Shown here one piece after another: positions 1-9,717 of a stretch of 64,000 bases of DNA. Position 1 is the stretch's first letter; each line of letters begins with the position of its first letter. A program made the position numbers and the translations under genes. The notes beneath the pieces are model-generated. The model worked only from the letters and a program-made list of their open reading frames with translations, was not told where the DNA came from and ran no database searches. The DNA is from Candidatus Nomurabacteria bacterium (GTDB lineage Bacteria > Patescibacteriota > Minisyncoccia > Phycocordibacterales > UBA2100): NCBI GenBank assembly GCA_943356775.1, contig CALRFU010000005.1, positions 11,671 to 75,670 of the forward strand, read 5' to 3'.

Positions 1-269
1 TGCACGTACTCTCATCGGCCGTCATCGGTGCGGCCATCGGCATCTCTTTCTATAAGCCCCGCCGGACGAAACACCTCTTTGTTCTTGTGGGAGTTATCCT
101 CGCTATTGTTTTGCACAGTACCTTCAACTTCCTTATACTGAACACACCCGAAGAGCACCTCTTGCGCACGTTCGGGTTTGTCTGGATAGGGGTTATTGCA
201 CTTCTAGCCGTGCTAGAATATATAAAACGCATACATCCCGTAATAAAAAAATCAGTATGGCGCTCCTAA
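1..269 (+). CDS. PrsW-family intramembrane metalloprotease, C-terminal part (truncated by window edge)
   Basis: Frame open from base 3: HVLSSAVIGAAIG...AIVLHSTFNFL, matching the PrsW-type H and HxxxN motifs in hydrophobic helices. Confidence 0.65.
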   Translation, partial: HVLSSAVIGAAIGISFYKPRRTKHLFVLVGVILAIVLHSTFNFLILNTPEEHLLRTFGFVWIGVIALLAVLEYIKRIHPVIKKSVWRS

Positions 270-760
270 AAAAACCAGGTTTTTTCTCCCGACTCACCGG
301 AAAGTCCAACGATGAGTACGACGATTTTTTCGAAGGCCCTTCCGCGCACCCTGCCGTATTTGAAGGCGAGGGCGAAGAGCGACATGCTCATATCAATACG
401 CGCGAAGAAGCCTGGTCGGGAGAAGAGCCGAAGGGAGAGCTTGCGGTAGACATCTACCAGACGCCCGACGCCATTGTAGTCAAAGCGCTCGTCGCTGGCG
501 TACAGCCCACCTCTATAGATATTTCCCTCACCCGCGAGATGCTGACCATTTCGGGCATGCGCGAGGATGAACGCGAAGTCGAAGAAGACAACTATTTCCA
601 ACGCGAACTCTACTGGGGCTCATTCTCCCGCACCATCCTTCTCCCCGAAGAAGTCGATGTGGATATGGCGGAAGCGTCCGAAAAGCACGGCATTCTCATG
701 ATTCGCCTCCCCAAGATAAATAAGAAGAGACAGACCAAGCTCAAAGTCCGGAGTCGTTAG
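257..760 (+). CDS. Hsp20/alpha-crystallin small heat shock protein
   Basis: VDIYQT...LTISG.RE...RELYWGSFSRTILLPEEVD...A...HGILMIRLPK. Confidence 0.92.
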   Translation: MALLKKPGFFSRLTGKSNDEYDDFFEGPSAHPAVFEGEGEERHAHINTREEAWSGEEPKGELAVDIYQTPDAIVVKALVAGVQPTSIDISLTREMLTISGMREDEREVEEDNYFQRELYWGSFSRTILLPEEVDVDMAEASEKHGILMIRLPKINKKRQTKLKVRSR

Positions 761-1601
761 CACTTTCGTCCACTAGCCCGAGACGGTAGATGTCGAAGGA
801 GTTCTCGCCTTCAAACATATCCGACGGATTCGGGAGATAGAGACGTTTGCGACCAATCTCGGTGGTCGCGTCATTGATGAGCCGGTGGAAGACTTCGAAT
901 TCATCCGTGACGTCGGCAAAGTCGATAATGTAGCGCCGCATTTGTGATGAGCCGTCAGCGTTCTTCTTTTTCTTGCATTCCTGCACGATGAATCGCCGCA
1001 CTTCCTTCCCGTACTTTTTTTTGACCGTGTAGTAATTAAATATCGCCTGCATAACGAAAAGCGTCTTCTGCCCCCGCCCCTTGCTGAAGGTATCGACGAA
1101 TTTGTGGTCGACAATGTCGAGCGCCCCCTTCTGAATACGGGACTCGACTACCAAGTCGGAAACGGCTTTGATGGGAAGTGCGAGCCCCTTCACTTCTGCC
1201 GTCGCCACCACCTCGACGCCCACGACCTTGTGCTTCGGTGCCCGCGCTAGGTAGAAGGATACGGCCTGCAGATAGTCTCGCTCCATATGCATACGCTTTT
1301 CTTTTTGTGCGCGGCGCGATTTCGCTTTGCCGAAGTTAACCTCAAAATCCGCAACATTCCTCAGATACTCGAGCCCGAGCGCTACCGCCCCCTCCTTACC
1401 TATCCCGCCATAGAAATGTTGGAGAGCGGTGTGTGCGGCACGACCGATGACAGCCGAGGGATTGGAAGGCGTATCGCGAATATTCTCGACATAGCGCTTG
1501 TACCAGGCAAGCGGATTGCGCAGAAATGCCATGAGCGAGGAATGGCTCCAATGTTTGATGGGAAATGCCTTCTTGCCCCTTTTTGCACTTGCCCCCTTCA
1601 T
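741..1601 (-). CDS. PD-(D/E)XK nuclease family protein (RecB/AddB-like)
   Basis: WSHSSL...P...Y N-terminal motif, GRAAHTAL, SDLV...IVDHKF catalytic-type motif; TATACT 6 nt upstream of ATG. Confidence 0.75.
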   Translation of the reverse strand: MKGASAKRGKKAFPIKHWSHSSLMAFLRNPLAWYKRYVENIRDTPSNPSAVIGRAAHTALQHFYGGIGKEGAVALGLEYLRNVADFEVNFGKAKSRRAQKEKRMHMERDYLQAVSFYLARAPKHKVVGVEVVATAEVKGLALPIKAVSDLVVESRIQKGALDIVDHKFVDTFSKGRGQKTLFVMQAIFNYYTVKKKYGKEVRRFIVQECKKKKNADGSSQMRRYIIDFADVTDEFEVFHRLINDATTEIGRKRLYLPNPSDMFEGENSFDIYRLGLVDESANDSGL

Positions 1602-1767
1602 GCCGCGAGTATATCATCGTACCCATCGCGCACACTGAGGATGCGTATCCCCCTTTCAAAATTGACAAAATATGGCTTAGGAATAGGATGTCTGCTGCCG
1701 TTGTTCTTGTATTGTGTCGCGGCAAAGTGTAAAACTGGGAACAACTTTCGGTAAGGGGAATCTGAGA

Positions 1768-2334
1768 ATGACGACTGCATCTCTCGCAGACTATCAACTT
1801 ATTCAAACACTTCGGGGCGTTGGGGTTCTGAAAGACCTCGAAGGACCTCGGATCCCAGCAGAGCGTGGGACAATCGTGATTCCGTGCGCCGACGGCGACC
1901 GGATCACCGATCTTCTCACAAAGCATTGGGGCGTGTGCGACGGCCACCCATGCCATCACACACTCTCCCTGAATGGCGGCCCACTTTTGATTCCCGAATC
2001 TTCTCCAATCGCTAAGCTCGGAGAAGGACAGATCATCAAGGAGCATGCATACGGCGGCCACCGACTGAAAGCGGTGACGACGGTGATGCTCTATGGCCAC
2101 TGGCCATGCGGCGCCGCCATTACCAACGGCCTTTCGCTCTACGACACACTCGTCTGTTGCGTCTCGGCTAAGGACGAAATGCGTACGTTTCTCCAGTCAC
2201 GCGGAATCGAGCCTACGGTTATTCTGTGCTTCCACGTTGACTATGCTGACGGCCGGAAGAAGTCCTATTACTTCGATCGGCGGGCGTGGAATGCGTGGCA
2301 GGCCAGCAAGGCCTCGATACAAGCCGCCGAGTAG
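1768..2334 (+). CDS. Beta-carbonic-anhydrase-like Zn-binding protein
   Basis: PCADGD ... GHWPCGAA (C-x-D ... H-x-x-C ligand pattern); SD-like AAGGGG upstream of ATG 1768. Confidence 0.5.
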   Translation: MTTASLADYQLIQTLRGVGVLKDLEGPRIPAERGTIVIPCADGDRITDLLTKHWGVCDGHPCHHTLSLNGGPLLIPESSPIAKLGEGQIIKEHAYGGHRLKAVTTVMLYGHWPCGAAITNGLSLYDTLVCCVSAKDEMRTFLQSRGIEPTVILCFHVDYADGRKKSYYFDRRAWNAWQASKASIQAAE

Positions 2335-2355
2335 ATCGGTACGCGATTGACAACG

Positions 2356-2385
2356 AACCGCCGGCGCTGATGCGTCCGGCGGTTC
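2356..2385. terminator. Hairpin between convergent CA-like genes
   Basis: aaccgccgg...ccggcggtt inverted repeat followed by a T-run. Confidence 0.6.
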
Positions 2386-2391
2386 GATTTT

Positions 2392-3450
2392 TTATGACTT
2401 CTTGAGGAGATGGAACGTGCGCGTATTCATATCCACCGTACCCACCAATATTTTGAGCTTTTTCATTATCGCAGGCACCTTTTCCCGCAAGACACGCTCG
2501 GCCTCCCGTTCGAGGTAGAGCGCTTTCTCGTTGGCGACACCGTGGTCGGCCCCAACCGAACGGAACGGGGCAAGGACGAGCAAGAGTGCCCCTTCTTTTT
2601 CAGGGATTCTTTTGGCCTTCATATTTGCTAAAACAATGGTGCCTGCGACCGCGACGGCATTTTCCCACTGAGGGTCGTACGGCCCAATCATGAGCGCCCT
2701 GTTTGGCAGATGGAGCCAGTCGAAGCCGCGGCCGACCGCAATAATCTGCTCTTTGTGTTCCATCTCGACGACAGGGCGATGCGCGGCGCGGATATCACGT
2801 ACATACTTTTGGTTGCCCGCGACGAGCGGGAGTAGATCTTCGAGCACGTTGTCGGGTATATCGGGATACATGTGACGGAGCTCGCTGTGAATACTTTCGA
2901 GTGGCGCATCGGCGTGATTCGCAATATCAAACGTGCGTTTCCCTTTTCCATGAAAGACGAGGCCGCCTTCGTCGGTCTCCATGCCAATGACGAGCGGAAA
3001 GACGGTTGTGTGATTGGCGCCGAATGCCGATTCAAATTGATCGCGCAAACGTACCGCTCCCGCACGCGCGGCATCGGTATCGTATTTATGGCCCGCACAT
3101 CCGCGGTGTACATCCCCTTTCGAGAAGTGGTAGGTCGAGAGCACGTAGGTGGGACGACCCTTGGAGACCGCATGCTCAATATCATCGAGCATGAGGCGAC
3201 CGAAGAACGGCCAACCGAGGTCGAACTTGCCGCCGATGTTGCGGTACGGCTTGATGATGCCCGGCGGCGTGTGGGTCATGACCGAGAGGTTGAGGCGGCC
3301 GTCCATGCACTTGAGGGCGATAATCTCGCTCGGGTGCTGGGCGCGGTAGAGGCGGCGAGCAAGCTGCGAGCCGGGCGAGCGGAAATCGGCGCTCTGGAGC
3401 TTATTGCGCTCAAGTATGAACTTGACCAAATCCTTTTGTTTTTCTGCCAT
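2392..3450 (-). CDS. CsoSCA-like (carboxysome-type) beta-carbonic anhydrase homolog
   Basis: CMDGRL, HFSKGDVHRGCAGH and C-terminal H.E.II.VG.GFD motifs recall CsoSCA. Confidence 0.7.
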   Translation of the reverse strand: MAEKQKDLVKFILERNKLQSADFRSPGSQLARRLYRAQHPSEIIALKCMDGRLNLSVMTHTPPGIIKPYRNIGGKFDLGWPFFGRLMLDDIEHAVSKGRPTYVLSTYHFSKGDVHRGCAGHKYDTDAARAGAVRLRDQFESAFGANHTTVFPLVIGMETDEGGLVFHGKGKRTFDIANHADAPLESIHSELRHMYPDIPDNVLEDLLPLVAGNQKYVRDIRAAHRPVVEMEHKEQIIAVGRGFDWLHLPNRALMIGPYDPQWENAVAVAGTIVLANMKAKRIPEKEGALLLVLAPFRSVGADHGVANEKALYLEREAERVLREKVPAIMKKLKILVGTVDMNTRTFHLLKKS

Positions 3451-3550
3451 ATAAGGGGGTAATGTACTACCAAAGCGCCGAAAAAGGAAGTCTGCGCAGT
3501 GTGTATAGGAATACTATTCATCTAATCTTAAATGGGGTATACTCGCGGAT

Positions 3551-3676
3551 ATGGCAAAACGAGCGAGTCAGGATATAAAGAATAAGAAATCGCGTTCTCG
3601 AAAGACCTCGAAGCGTCTTGCGGCCAAGCGGGCAATGCTCGCTGCGCGCCCGACGAAGCGCAAGAAACACCGATAA
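3551..3676 (+). CDS. Small very basic protein (41 aa)
   Basis: MAKRASQDIKNKKSRSRKTSKRLAAKRAMLAARPTKRKKHR; TATACT 7 nt before ATG; below ORF-track cutoff. Confidence 0.6.
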   Translation: MAKRASQDIKNKKSRSRKTSKRLAAKRAMLAARPTKRKKHR

Positions 3677-3809
3677 TATCGAAACCAACCTCCCCTCATC
3701 GGGAAGGTTTTGGTATCAGGGCAAACGACCCATTTTCTTGGACAAATCCCGGAGGGAGGTATAGCATTGGAGCTAGGTCCCGCTCTTGAGGACCAAGGAG
3801 GAAACGCCG

Positions 3810-3911
3810 ATGAGGAAGCTCTTCTATCTGCTCTCCGAGCGAGGAGAGCCAACGTTGTTGGCACTGATCGCCTTCGCGGTTTTGATGCTCGCAACAAAGT
3901 TCGCCCATTAG
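3810..3911 (+). CDS. Small membrane protein (33 aa)
   Basis: Strong SD AAGGAGG; MRKLFYLLSERGEPTLLALIAFAVLMLATKFAH. Confidence 0.45.
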   Translation: MRKLFYLLSERGEPTLLALIAFAVLMLATKFAH

Positions 3912-3924
3912 TCAGGGGAACGCA

Positions 3925-4077
3925 ATGGGAGAAATTATCGATCTTGAAAAAGTTCGAGAGGCTATAGCCAAGCGCCTTGAGGAGAGGCTCTGGATAACGC
4001 TGCTTCTTGCGGAGATCAGCTTGCGTGAATTCCGCATAGATACGGCCACGGGCCAGCCGGTCGCGCTCAAAGAGTGA
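3925..4077 (+). CDS. Small hypothetical protein (50 aa)
   Basis: SD AGGGG; MGEIIDLEKVREAIAKRLEERLW... Confidence 0.45.
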   Translation: MGEIIDLEKVREAIAKRLEERLWITLLLAEISLREFRIDTATGQPVALKE

Positions 4078-4090
4078 GCGCGACCGAATA

Positions 4091-4414
4091 CTATACGTTG
4101 AGGTCGCTTCGTTTGTAGCGCATTGTCCACGTCTTTCCTCCTCTGCTTACTGAAGACTCGAAGCCGAATGGAACAAGTGCGGTTTCTAGGCCTTTTTCCG
4201 CAGGTTCAGTCCATCGTTTCTCGCGAAGCTTGCCAAAGATGATTTCATGGAACATTCCGTTTGTATCACGGTATAGCTCTTCAAGTTCATTGTCGCTCAT
4301 TTTACGAGCGAAATTGAAGGTAAACGTTATGTGTGCTTGGTCTTCAGTAATATCGGAACTGACAACTTCGACACGTTCTGATGTGTTCGGGACTTTAGGG
4401 GCTGATTCGAGCAT
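4091..4414 (-). CDS. Hypothetical protein
   Basis: 107-aa ORF with natural composition. Confidence 0.55.
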   Translation of the reverse strand: MLESAPKVPNTSERVEVVSSDITEDQAHITFTFNFARKMSDNELEELYRDTNGMFHEIIFGKLREKRWTEPAEKGLETALVPFGFESSVSRGGKTWTMRYKRSDLNV

Positions 4415-4530
4415 TTTGGCATTCTAACACCCGTGGCCCTGAAACATTTTGGGCATATGAAGAGGGCGTATTTCTAGACAAATGTTAACGAAGGAGTAGC
4501 ATTGCGGTCTGGTCTTTCATGGAGGTTCAC

Positions 4531-4971
4531 ATGCTTCCAGCAATCAGAAGTTCGCTTCCAATCCCGCAAAAAGTAGTCGTACTCATGGTCGGTCCAAAAT
4601 ACGACCGGCCGCCCGTGAAAGATGCCGTCGTCGGCATCGGTGGTGACCCAATGTTGATTCTCTCGGTCCGGGGATACGTCGACTTCCCTGATCTCGCGAT
4701 TGCCTTGATGGCACGGCCGGATGTCGCACTCATCAGCATTTCGAACGAGACTGGCAGATTGCGCGTAGACCTTTCCCGCGAGTGTGTCGACCTAGTAAAG
4801 TTCGTCATGGATCACCCCCAGAGGCCGTGGATCTACTTCGGGGATCCGAAGCTCAACTTTCTCTCGACAATATTCGTGCGAAAGGGGCTGAGGGTCTTCA
4901 ACGGCGACGGGGAGCGCGCAACGATCATCGACTTGGCCCGTATTGCCGGTCAACGGCTCCAACTCGCTTGA
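4531..4971 (+). CDS. Hypothetical protein
   Basis: SD GGAGG before ATG 4531; GC hairpin 4978-5010 downstream. Confidence 0.55.
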   Translation: MLPAIRSSLPIPQKVVVLMVGPKYDRPPVKDAVVGIGGDPMLILSVRGYVDFPDLAIALMARPDVALISISNETGRLRVDLSRECVDLVKFVMDHPQRPWIYFGDPKLNFLSTIFVRKGLRVFNGDGERATIIDLARIAGQRLQLA

Positions 4972-5041
4972 GATATCGCGGCCGGACTTCCCTCTCGGAA
5001 GCCCGGCCGCTCCATTTCCACTACTCTGAGATTATTGAAAA

Positions 5042-5326
5042 TTATTCGTTCAAGTGGGGAGGGGATTCATCGGGGGAGATTTGGCCGCTTTTTAGCTTTA
5101 TCTCATAGGCTTCCTGCATACTGACAATTCTGCCTCTCGTTGTGAGCCAGCCTCTCGCCTCCTCCTTCTTGAAATCGTAAGGCACTCCGGGATTCCGCGC
5201 GATGATTTTGTCGTAGCAGTCCTGATGACTCTCACCAAGTATGTTTTCCCGGTCGTACCGGATAACAGCACCCCGTATTTTCTCTGGACCCTTTTTCCGC
5301 TCAAGCCATCTGCCAAACAATCCCAT
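5042..5326 (-). CDS. Hypothetical protein
   Basis: 94-aa ORF with H..C and GWLT..GRIVS..EA motifs. Confidence 0.55.
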   Translation of the reverse strand: MGLFGRWLERKKGPEKIRGAVIRYDRENILGESHQDCYDKIIARNPGVPYDFKKEEARGWLTTRGRIVSMQEAYEIKLKSGQISPDESPPHLNE

Positions 5327-5412
5327 CCGAGAATCGTATCACGCCTCTCCTGGGCCCGAGTAGTAGCTCCGCGGCTGCTTGGCGCGGCCATGGAAACGAA
5401 AAGGTTTTCCCC

Positions 5413-5450
5413 ACATACCAAACTTACGCTATAGCGTAAGTTTGGTGTGT
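5413..5450. repeat. Solo 38-bp palindrome (core TACGCTATAGCGTA)
   Basis: ACATACCAAACTTACGCTA|TAGCGTAAGTTTGGTGTGT, 18/19 pairs; same 14-bp core as 46427 and 47044. Confidence 0.9.
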
Positions 5451-5473
5451 CTAGGTGAGATGAAGGGTAGGCG

Positions 5474-6745
5474 TTAGTACGAACGAAGTTGTTTGGCGCG
5501 GTCGTGGAAACGGATGCGCTCCAGTGCTTTTGCTTCAATCTGACGAATTCTTTCGCGGGTGACGCCGAATTCGCGACCCACCTCTTCGAGGGTAAAGCAA
5601 ATCCCCTCTTCCGTAAGTCCGTTGCGCATTTCCAATATCTTCCGCTCTTTGGGTGAAAGCTCCTCCAGAATTGCTCCCATTTGTTCATTGAGAATGCGGC
5701 GCGAAGCGTCCATATCAGGGCTGGCGATGGTATCGTCTGCGATAAAGCTGCCAAGTGTCGAGCGCTCATCATCGTCCTCACCTACCGGAGACTCGAGTGA
5801 GACGGTGTCCTGATTGATTTTTTGAATAGTGTAGATTTTGTCTATTTCGATACCCATTTCTGCGGCGATTTCTTCGGGGAGCGGGTCGCGGCCGAGGTGC
5901 TGGTTCAATTCACGTACTTTTTGCTTGTATTTAGCGATGGTTTCCACCATGTGCACCGGGATGCGGATGGTGCGGGATTGGTCTGCCAAAGCACGGGTGA
6001 TGGCCTGACGAATCCACCAGGTAGCATAGGTCGAGAATTTGTAGCCTTTTGTGTAATCGAACTTATCTACGGCTTTAAACAAGCCCAAATTCCCCTCCTG
6101 AATCAAGTCGAGGAGCGTGAGGTCTGGTGAGCGATTGACGTATTTCTTCGCGATAGAGACGACGAGGCGAAGGTTGGAGCGGGCGAGGATGTTGCGTGCT
6201 TCGTTGTCTTCTTGGAGGATGCGCTTCGCCAGGTCCTTTTCTTGCTGACCGTTGAGAAGCGGGTACTGACCAATTTCGCGCAAATACATCTGCACGGAGT
6301 CGTAGCCCGCATCCGAGCGGCGGTTCTGTAATTTCTTGCTCGCCAAGACGGAATCAGCGGAGCTATCTTCGAGCATGCCGCCCCCCTCCAAGATGTCGAT
6401 GCCCGCGACGGAGAAACGGTCATAGATTTCTTCGAGCAAAGAGACGTTGTCTTCAATCGTCGGGAATTCGCGGAGAATTTCGTCGTAGGTGATGTATCCG
6501 CGCTCTTTACCCATCAGGATAAGCGCCTCAACTTTATTTTGCCGCTTATCGCCCGCGCCTTTCTTGGTGGATGCGGAAGCGGAAGCCGCTTTCTTATTCC
6601 TGGCTTTAGAAGCCTTTGCGCTCCTTTTGACCGCGCGCTCTTTCTTGGTGCTCGCGACCTTCTTTGTGCGGGAAACGGGCTTCTTGCGCGCAGGCTGTTT
6701 TGCACGTTTTACCGCTTTTTGTTTTTTTTGCTTTTTATTTGCCAT
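5474..6745 (-). CDS. rpoD: RNA polymerase primary sigma factor
   Basis: [60 protein letters not shown]. Confidence 0.97.
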   Translation of the reverse strand: MANKKQKKQKAVKRAKQPARKKPVSRTKKVASTKKERAVKRSAKASKARNKKAASASASTKKGAGDKRQNKVEALILMGKERGYITYDEILREFPTIEDNVSLLEEIYDRFSVAGIDILEGGGMLEDSSADSVLASKKLQNRRSDAGYDSVQMYLREIGQYPLLNGQQEKDLAKRILQEDNEARNILARSNLRLVVSIAKKYVNRSPDLTLLDLIQEGNLGLFKAVDKFDYTKGYKFSTYATWWIRQAITRALADQSRTIRIPVHMVETIAKYKQKVRELNQHLGRDPLPEEIAAEMGIEIDKIYTIQKINQDTVSLESPVGEDDDERSTLGSFIADDTIASPDMDASRRILNEQMGAILEELSPKERKILEMRNGLTEEGICFTLEEVGREFGVTRERIRQIEAKALERIRFHDRAKQLRSY

Positions 6746-6867
6746 ACTTCAAAAAATGAGTCACGAGGAACCTCCCTCTAGAGAAGGTCGGTCATATGCA
6801 TAGAGTCTTACCATTTGCCGTGCCTTTTTCTTTCAAAATAAGCCACGGGAAGACCAAGCGAAGCAGT

Positions 6868-8613
6868 CTACACTTTCTCGTGCAATTGTCCAATGCGAGT
6901 TGTCAACAGGTTACACACACCCATGAGGCGTGTTATTTCCTCTTCGTCACCGGCGTTTTCAGCCTTCTTTAGAGCCATTGTAGCGTCATCTAGCTCGGCA
7001 GCGAGAAGCTCCTTGAGGATAACTGAGAGCAATACCTTGGTCTCTCTCTCGGGGGTAGGACTCTTGCCGTGGAGGTTTTCGGCCGAAAAACGAAGTGCCT
7101 CCCGCTCCCTCTCGGGGAGGGTGGAGAGGGCTGCAAACGCCTCAGGACCTACCGCGGCCTCTAAGTCGCGGGCATATCCGGCAACATCTATCGAAGGTTT
7201 GCCGAGCGATTGCTGCCAGAGGAGGATAGCAAATGCCTGACGCGCGCGGTCAAAGGCGCGAGCGGCACGCGGTGATATTTTTACTTCAGATTTCACCGGA
7301 GGGGCGGACGAGGTCGACTCCCCTTCGCGCGGAGCTTCGGGATGGCGGGGTAATTTCTCAAGCGCCTCGCTCACCGCCACTTCAGACACTGTAAGCCGGC
7401 GTGCAATCTCGTGTACGTATTGTTCGCGCGCAATTGGGCTCCGCACATCGGACAGAAACGGGAGGACTATCGTTTCTACCGCGCGCCGGAATTTATCCTT
7501 CTGCGGCATGTGCTCTTCAAGGACATCAAGAAGGAATGTGATAATGTCTTTTGAATCCCGTATCGCTTTTTTCCATTCATCGGCACCTTCTTTCTGGATG
7601 AGATCCGCCGGATCGAGCCCCGCCGGCAGCCGTGTCACTTTTACGTTGAGACCTCCCTGCAAAGCCGTCCGCGCTGCGCGCCCCGCGGCCTTTATACCCG
7701 CTTCATCAGCATCAAGCGCAAGTACGATGTTGTCTGTCATGCGCTTGATGAGCGCGGAATGTTCCGGCGTGAATGCGGTACCCGATACCGCAAGAGTATT
7801 TGCCCACCCCGCCTGATGCGATGCGAGCAGGTCCATCTGGCCCTCCACGAGGACCGCGCAATTAAGCTTACGGACGGCCATCTTTGCCTTGTCGAAGCCG
7901 TAGAGGATGCGGGATTTATGAAAGAGGGGCGTTTCCGGACTGTTGAGGTACTTAGGCGCATCGGGCGAGGCATTCTCACCAAATATACGGCCTGAGAATC
8001 CGACGACTCGCCCTGCGGTATCGGCGATGGGAAAGACTATCCGGTTACGGAATTTATCGGTCAGACTCCCCCGCTCGTTCTTTTTGGCCAGCCCCGCATC
8101 CAGTATTTCCTTGTCGGTAAATTTCTTGGCGCGGAGATGCTCCGATGCTTCGCTCCACGTATCTCCCGCGAGCCCGAGCCGGAATGCCTGTATCGTCGCG
8201 TCGGTCAGCCCGCGCTCTTTGAGATATTTCTTTGCAGCATCGTTCAACTTTGACGTATAAAAAATAGTCGCCGCTTCCAGAAGCTCGAAGAGTCGCTCGC
8301 GCTCATCCTTCTTTTCCTTACCTCCACGCTCATAGACCAGCTCAACCCCGGCCCGTTCGGCAAGAATTTTCAGAGCGCCTTTGAAATCGAGACCTTCGAT
8401 AGTTTCGATAAAAGAAAAGATGTCTCCGCCGACATTGCAGCCGAAACAATGATACGTGCCCCTATCCGGCGACACATGGAAAGAAGGTGTGCGCTCGGCG
8501 TGGAACGGGCAGCGCGCGCGAAGCGAAGCTCCCGCGCGCTCGAGCTTCACGTATTGAGATACGACATCGACTATTGAAAGCCGATCTTTTATTTGTTGAA
8601 CGGTGTCGGACAT
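6868..8613 (-). CDS. dnaG: DNA primase
   Basis: CPFH.E.TPSF...CFGC zinc finger, KYLNSPET, VEG.MD, D.D.AG TOPRIM motifs. Confidence 0.97.
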   Translation of the reverse strand: MSDTVQQIKDRLSIVDVVSQYVKLERAGASLRARCPFHAERTPSFHVSPDRGTYHCFGCNVGGDIFSFIETIEGLDFKGALKILAERAGVELVYERGGKEKKDERERLFELLEAATIFYTSKLNDAAKKYLKERGLTDATIQAFRLGLAGDTWSEASEHLRAKKFTDKEILDAGLAKKNERGSLTDKFRNRIVFPIADTAGRVVGFSGRIFGENASPDAPKYLNSPETPLFHKSRILYGFDKAKMAVRKLNCAVLVEGQMDLLASHQAGWANTLAVSGTAFTPEHSALIKRMTDNIVLALDADEAGIKAAGRAARTALQGGLNVKVTRLPAGLDPADLIQKEGADEWKKAIRDSKDIITFLLDVLEEHMPQKDKFRRAVETIVLPFLSDVRSPIAREQYVHEIARRLTVSEVAVSEALEKLPRHPEAPREGESTSSAPPVKSEVKISPRAARAFDRARQAFAILLWQQSLGKPSIDVAGYARDLEAAVGPEAFAALSTLPEREREALRFSAENLHGKSPTPERETKVLLSVILKELLAAELDDATMALKKAENAGDEEEITRLMGVCNLLTTRIGQLHEKV

Positions 8614-9086
8614 AAGGACATTATGCCCTTTTCAATGCCCTAAGGACAGACGGCGATAATATCGAAACGAGCAAAACTTCCTACTCCTCACCTTCTTGCC
8701 TCTTTCGAATCTCGCCGGGATATGTATCGCTTTCCATAGATACGCGACCTTCAATATTAGGATGGCGTGCCGTAAGTAAATCCATAGATTCTTTAGGAGA
8801 CATATTCAATGCGAGTAAATCAGGCATCAGCTTCCGCACACCCTGCCATTCTGCCGTTACTTAATGTGCTATCTCATCAATCATATCCTCAACCTCACCC
8901 GGATGAGCATATATCTCGGTTCCCGGTATTCTGACTCTTGGATATCCTTTATTAAATTTTCCGTCCATATTTTTTCAACCCACTTGATATGACGCTAAGA
9001 GTACCCCCCTTTTTTTGCAATCGATGCATGTGGAAAAGGTGTCAGTCACATACCCGCATCTCCGCCAACTCCCGACTTTTCACCCT

Positions 9087-9124
9087 TATTGTTTAGCTCG
9101 TCCGGTCGGACATATTAAACAATA
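9087..9124. repeat. 38-bp palindrome, 3' flank of wHTH-Cas2-like gene A
   Basis: TATTGTTTA-gctcg-TCCGGTCGGA-catat-TAAACAATA. Confidence 0.9.
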
Positions 9125-9129
9125 CTCGT

Positions 9130-9717
9130 TCAATCAAGGGGAAGACCGAATTCCTTGCGCAGCGGCACATCATACTCAATCGCATCCGCAATGATGTAGA
9201 GTAAATCCTTGCCGATGCGCAGCTCTGCTTTGAGAAGCGCGACTGCCTCCTCACAATCATACGGATATGCCCATACGCTGTCTTGCAAGCGGACGAAACC
9301 AAAGCCAGATACAATGCCGCGCGCTTGTGCACGAAGGTAACTCCGCTTTTCTGGGATATCAAAGATGACCAGCCGCCATTTATGATCCCACCGGAGTGGT
9401 CGGGGCAATGGCCCGCGAACAGTGAGCGATCGCAAGTGAGTTTTACCCTTCTCTGTTATTCGTAACGAAACACGACCTCGCTCACGGACGAACGCGACAA
9501 GTTTCTTTTTCTGCAAACGATAGGCAGCCTCGCGAATGCGCTGTCTTGGATCACGTTTGATGAGCCAGTCGGGATCGACGTATTTCAGTAGCTGCAATGT
9601 ATTTGGCGCAGCCATTGCGACAAGGCCTACGCCAGCAACGGCGAGCGTCCCAAGAATTGCGCGCTCTATTTGCCCGCGCTTGGTCCGTTTCTTAGATGTC
9701 TGCTCCATTGTACCCAT
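9130..9717 (-). CDS. PaaX-like wHTH plus Cas2/VapD-like domain protein (paralog A)
   Basis: wHTH ending LRITEKG, then WDHKWRLVIFDIPE, GFVRLQDSVWAYPY. Confidence 0.8.
   Translation of the reverse strand: MGTMEQTSKKRTKRGQIERAILGTLAVAGVGLVAMAAPNTLQLLKYVDPDWLIKRDPRQRIREAAYRLQKKKLVAFVRERGRVSLRITEKGKTHLRSLTVRGPLPRPLRWDHKWRLVIFDIPEKRSYLRAQARGIVSGFGFVRLQDSVWAYPYDCEEAVALLKAELRIGKDLLYIIADAIEYDVPLRKEFGLPLD

Noticed and set aside
8680-8968. Short minus-strand ORFs (35-40 aa) between dnaG and cassette A
   Set aside because: No motif or clear initiation signal; may be a decayed gene but cannot be supported
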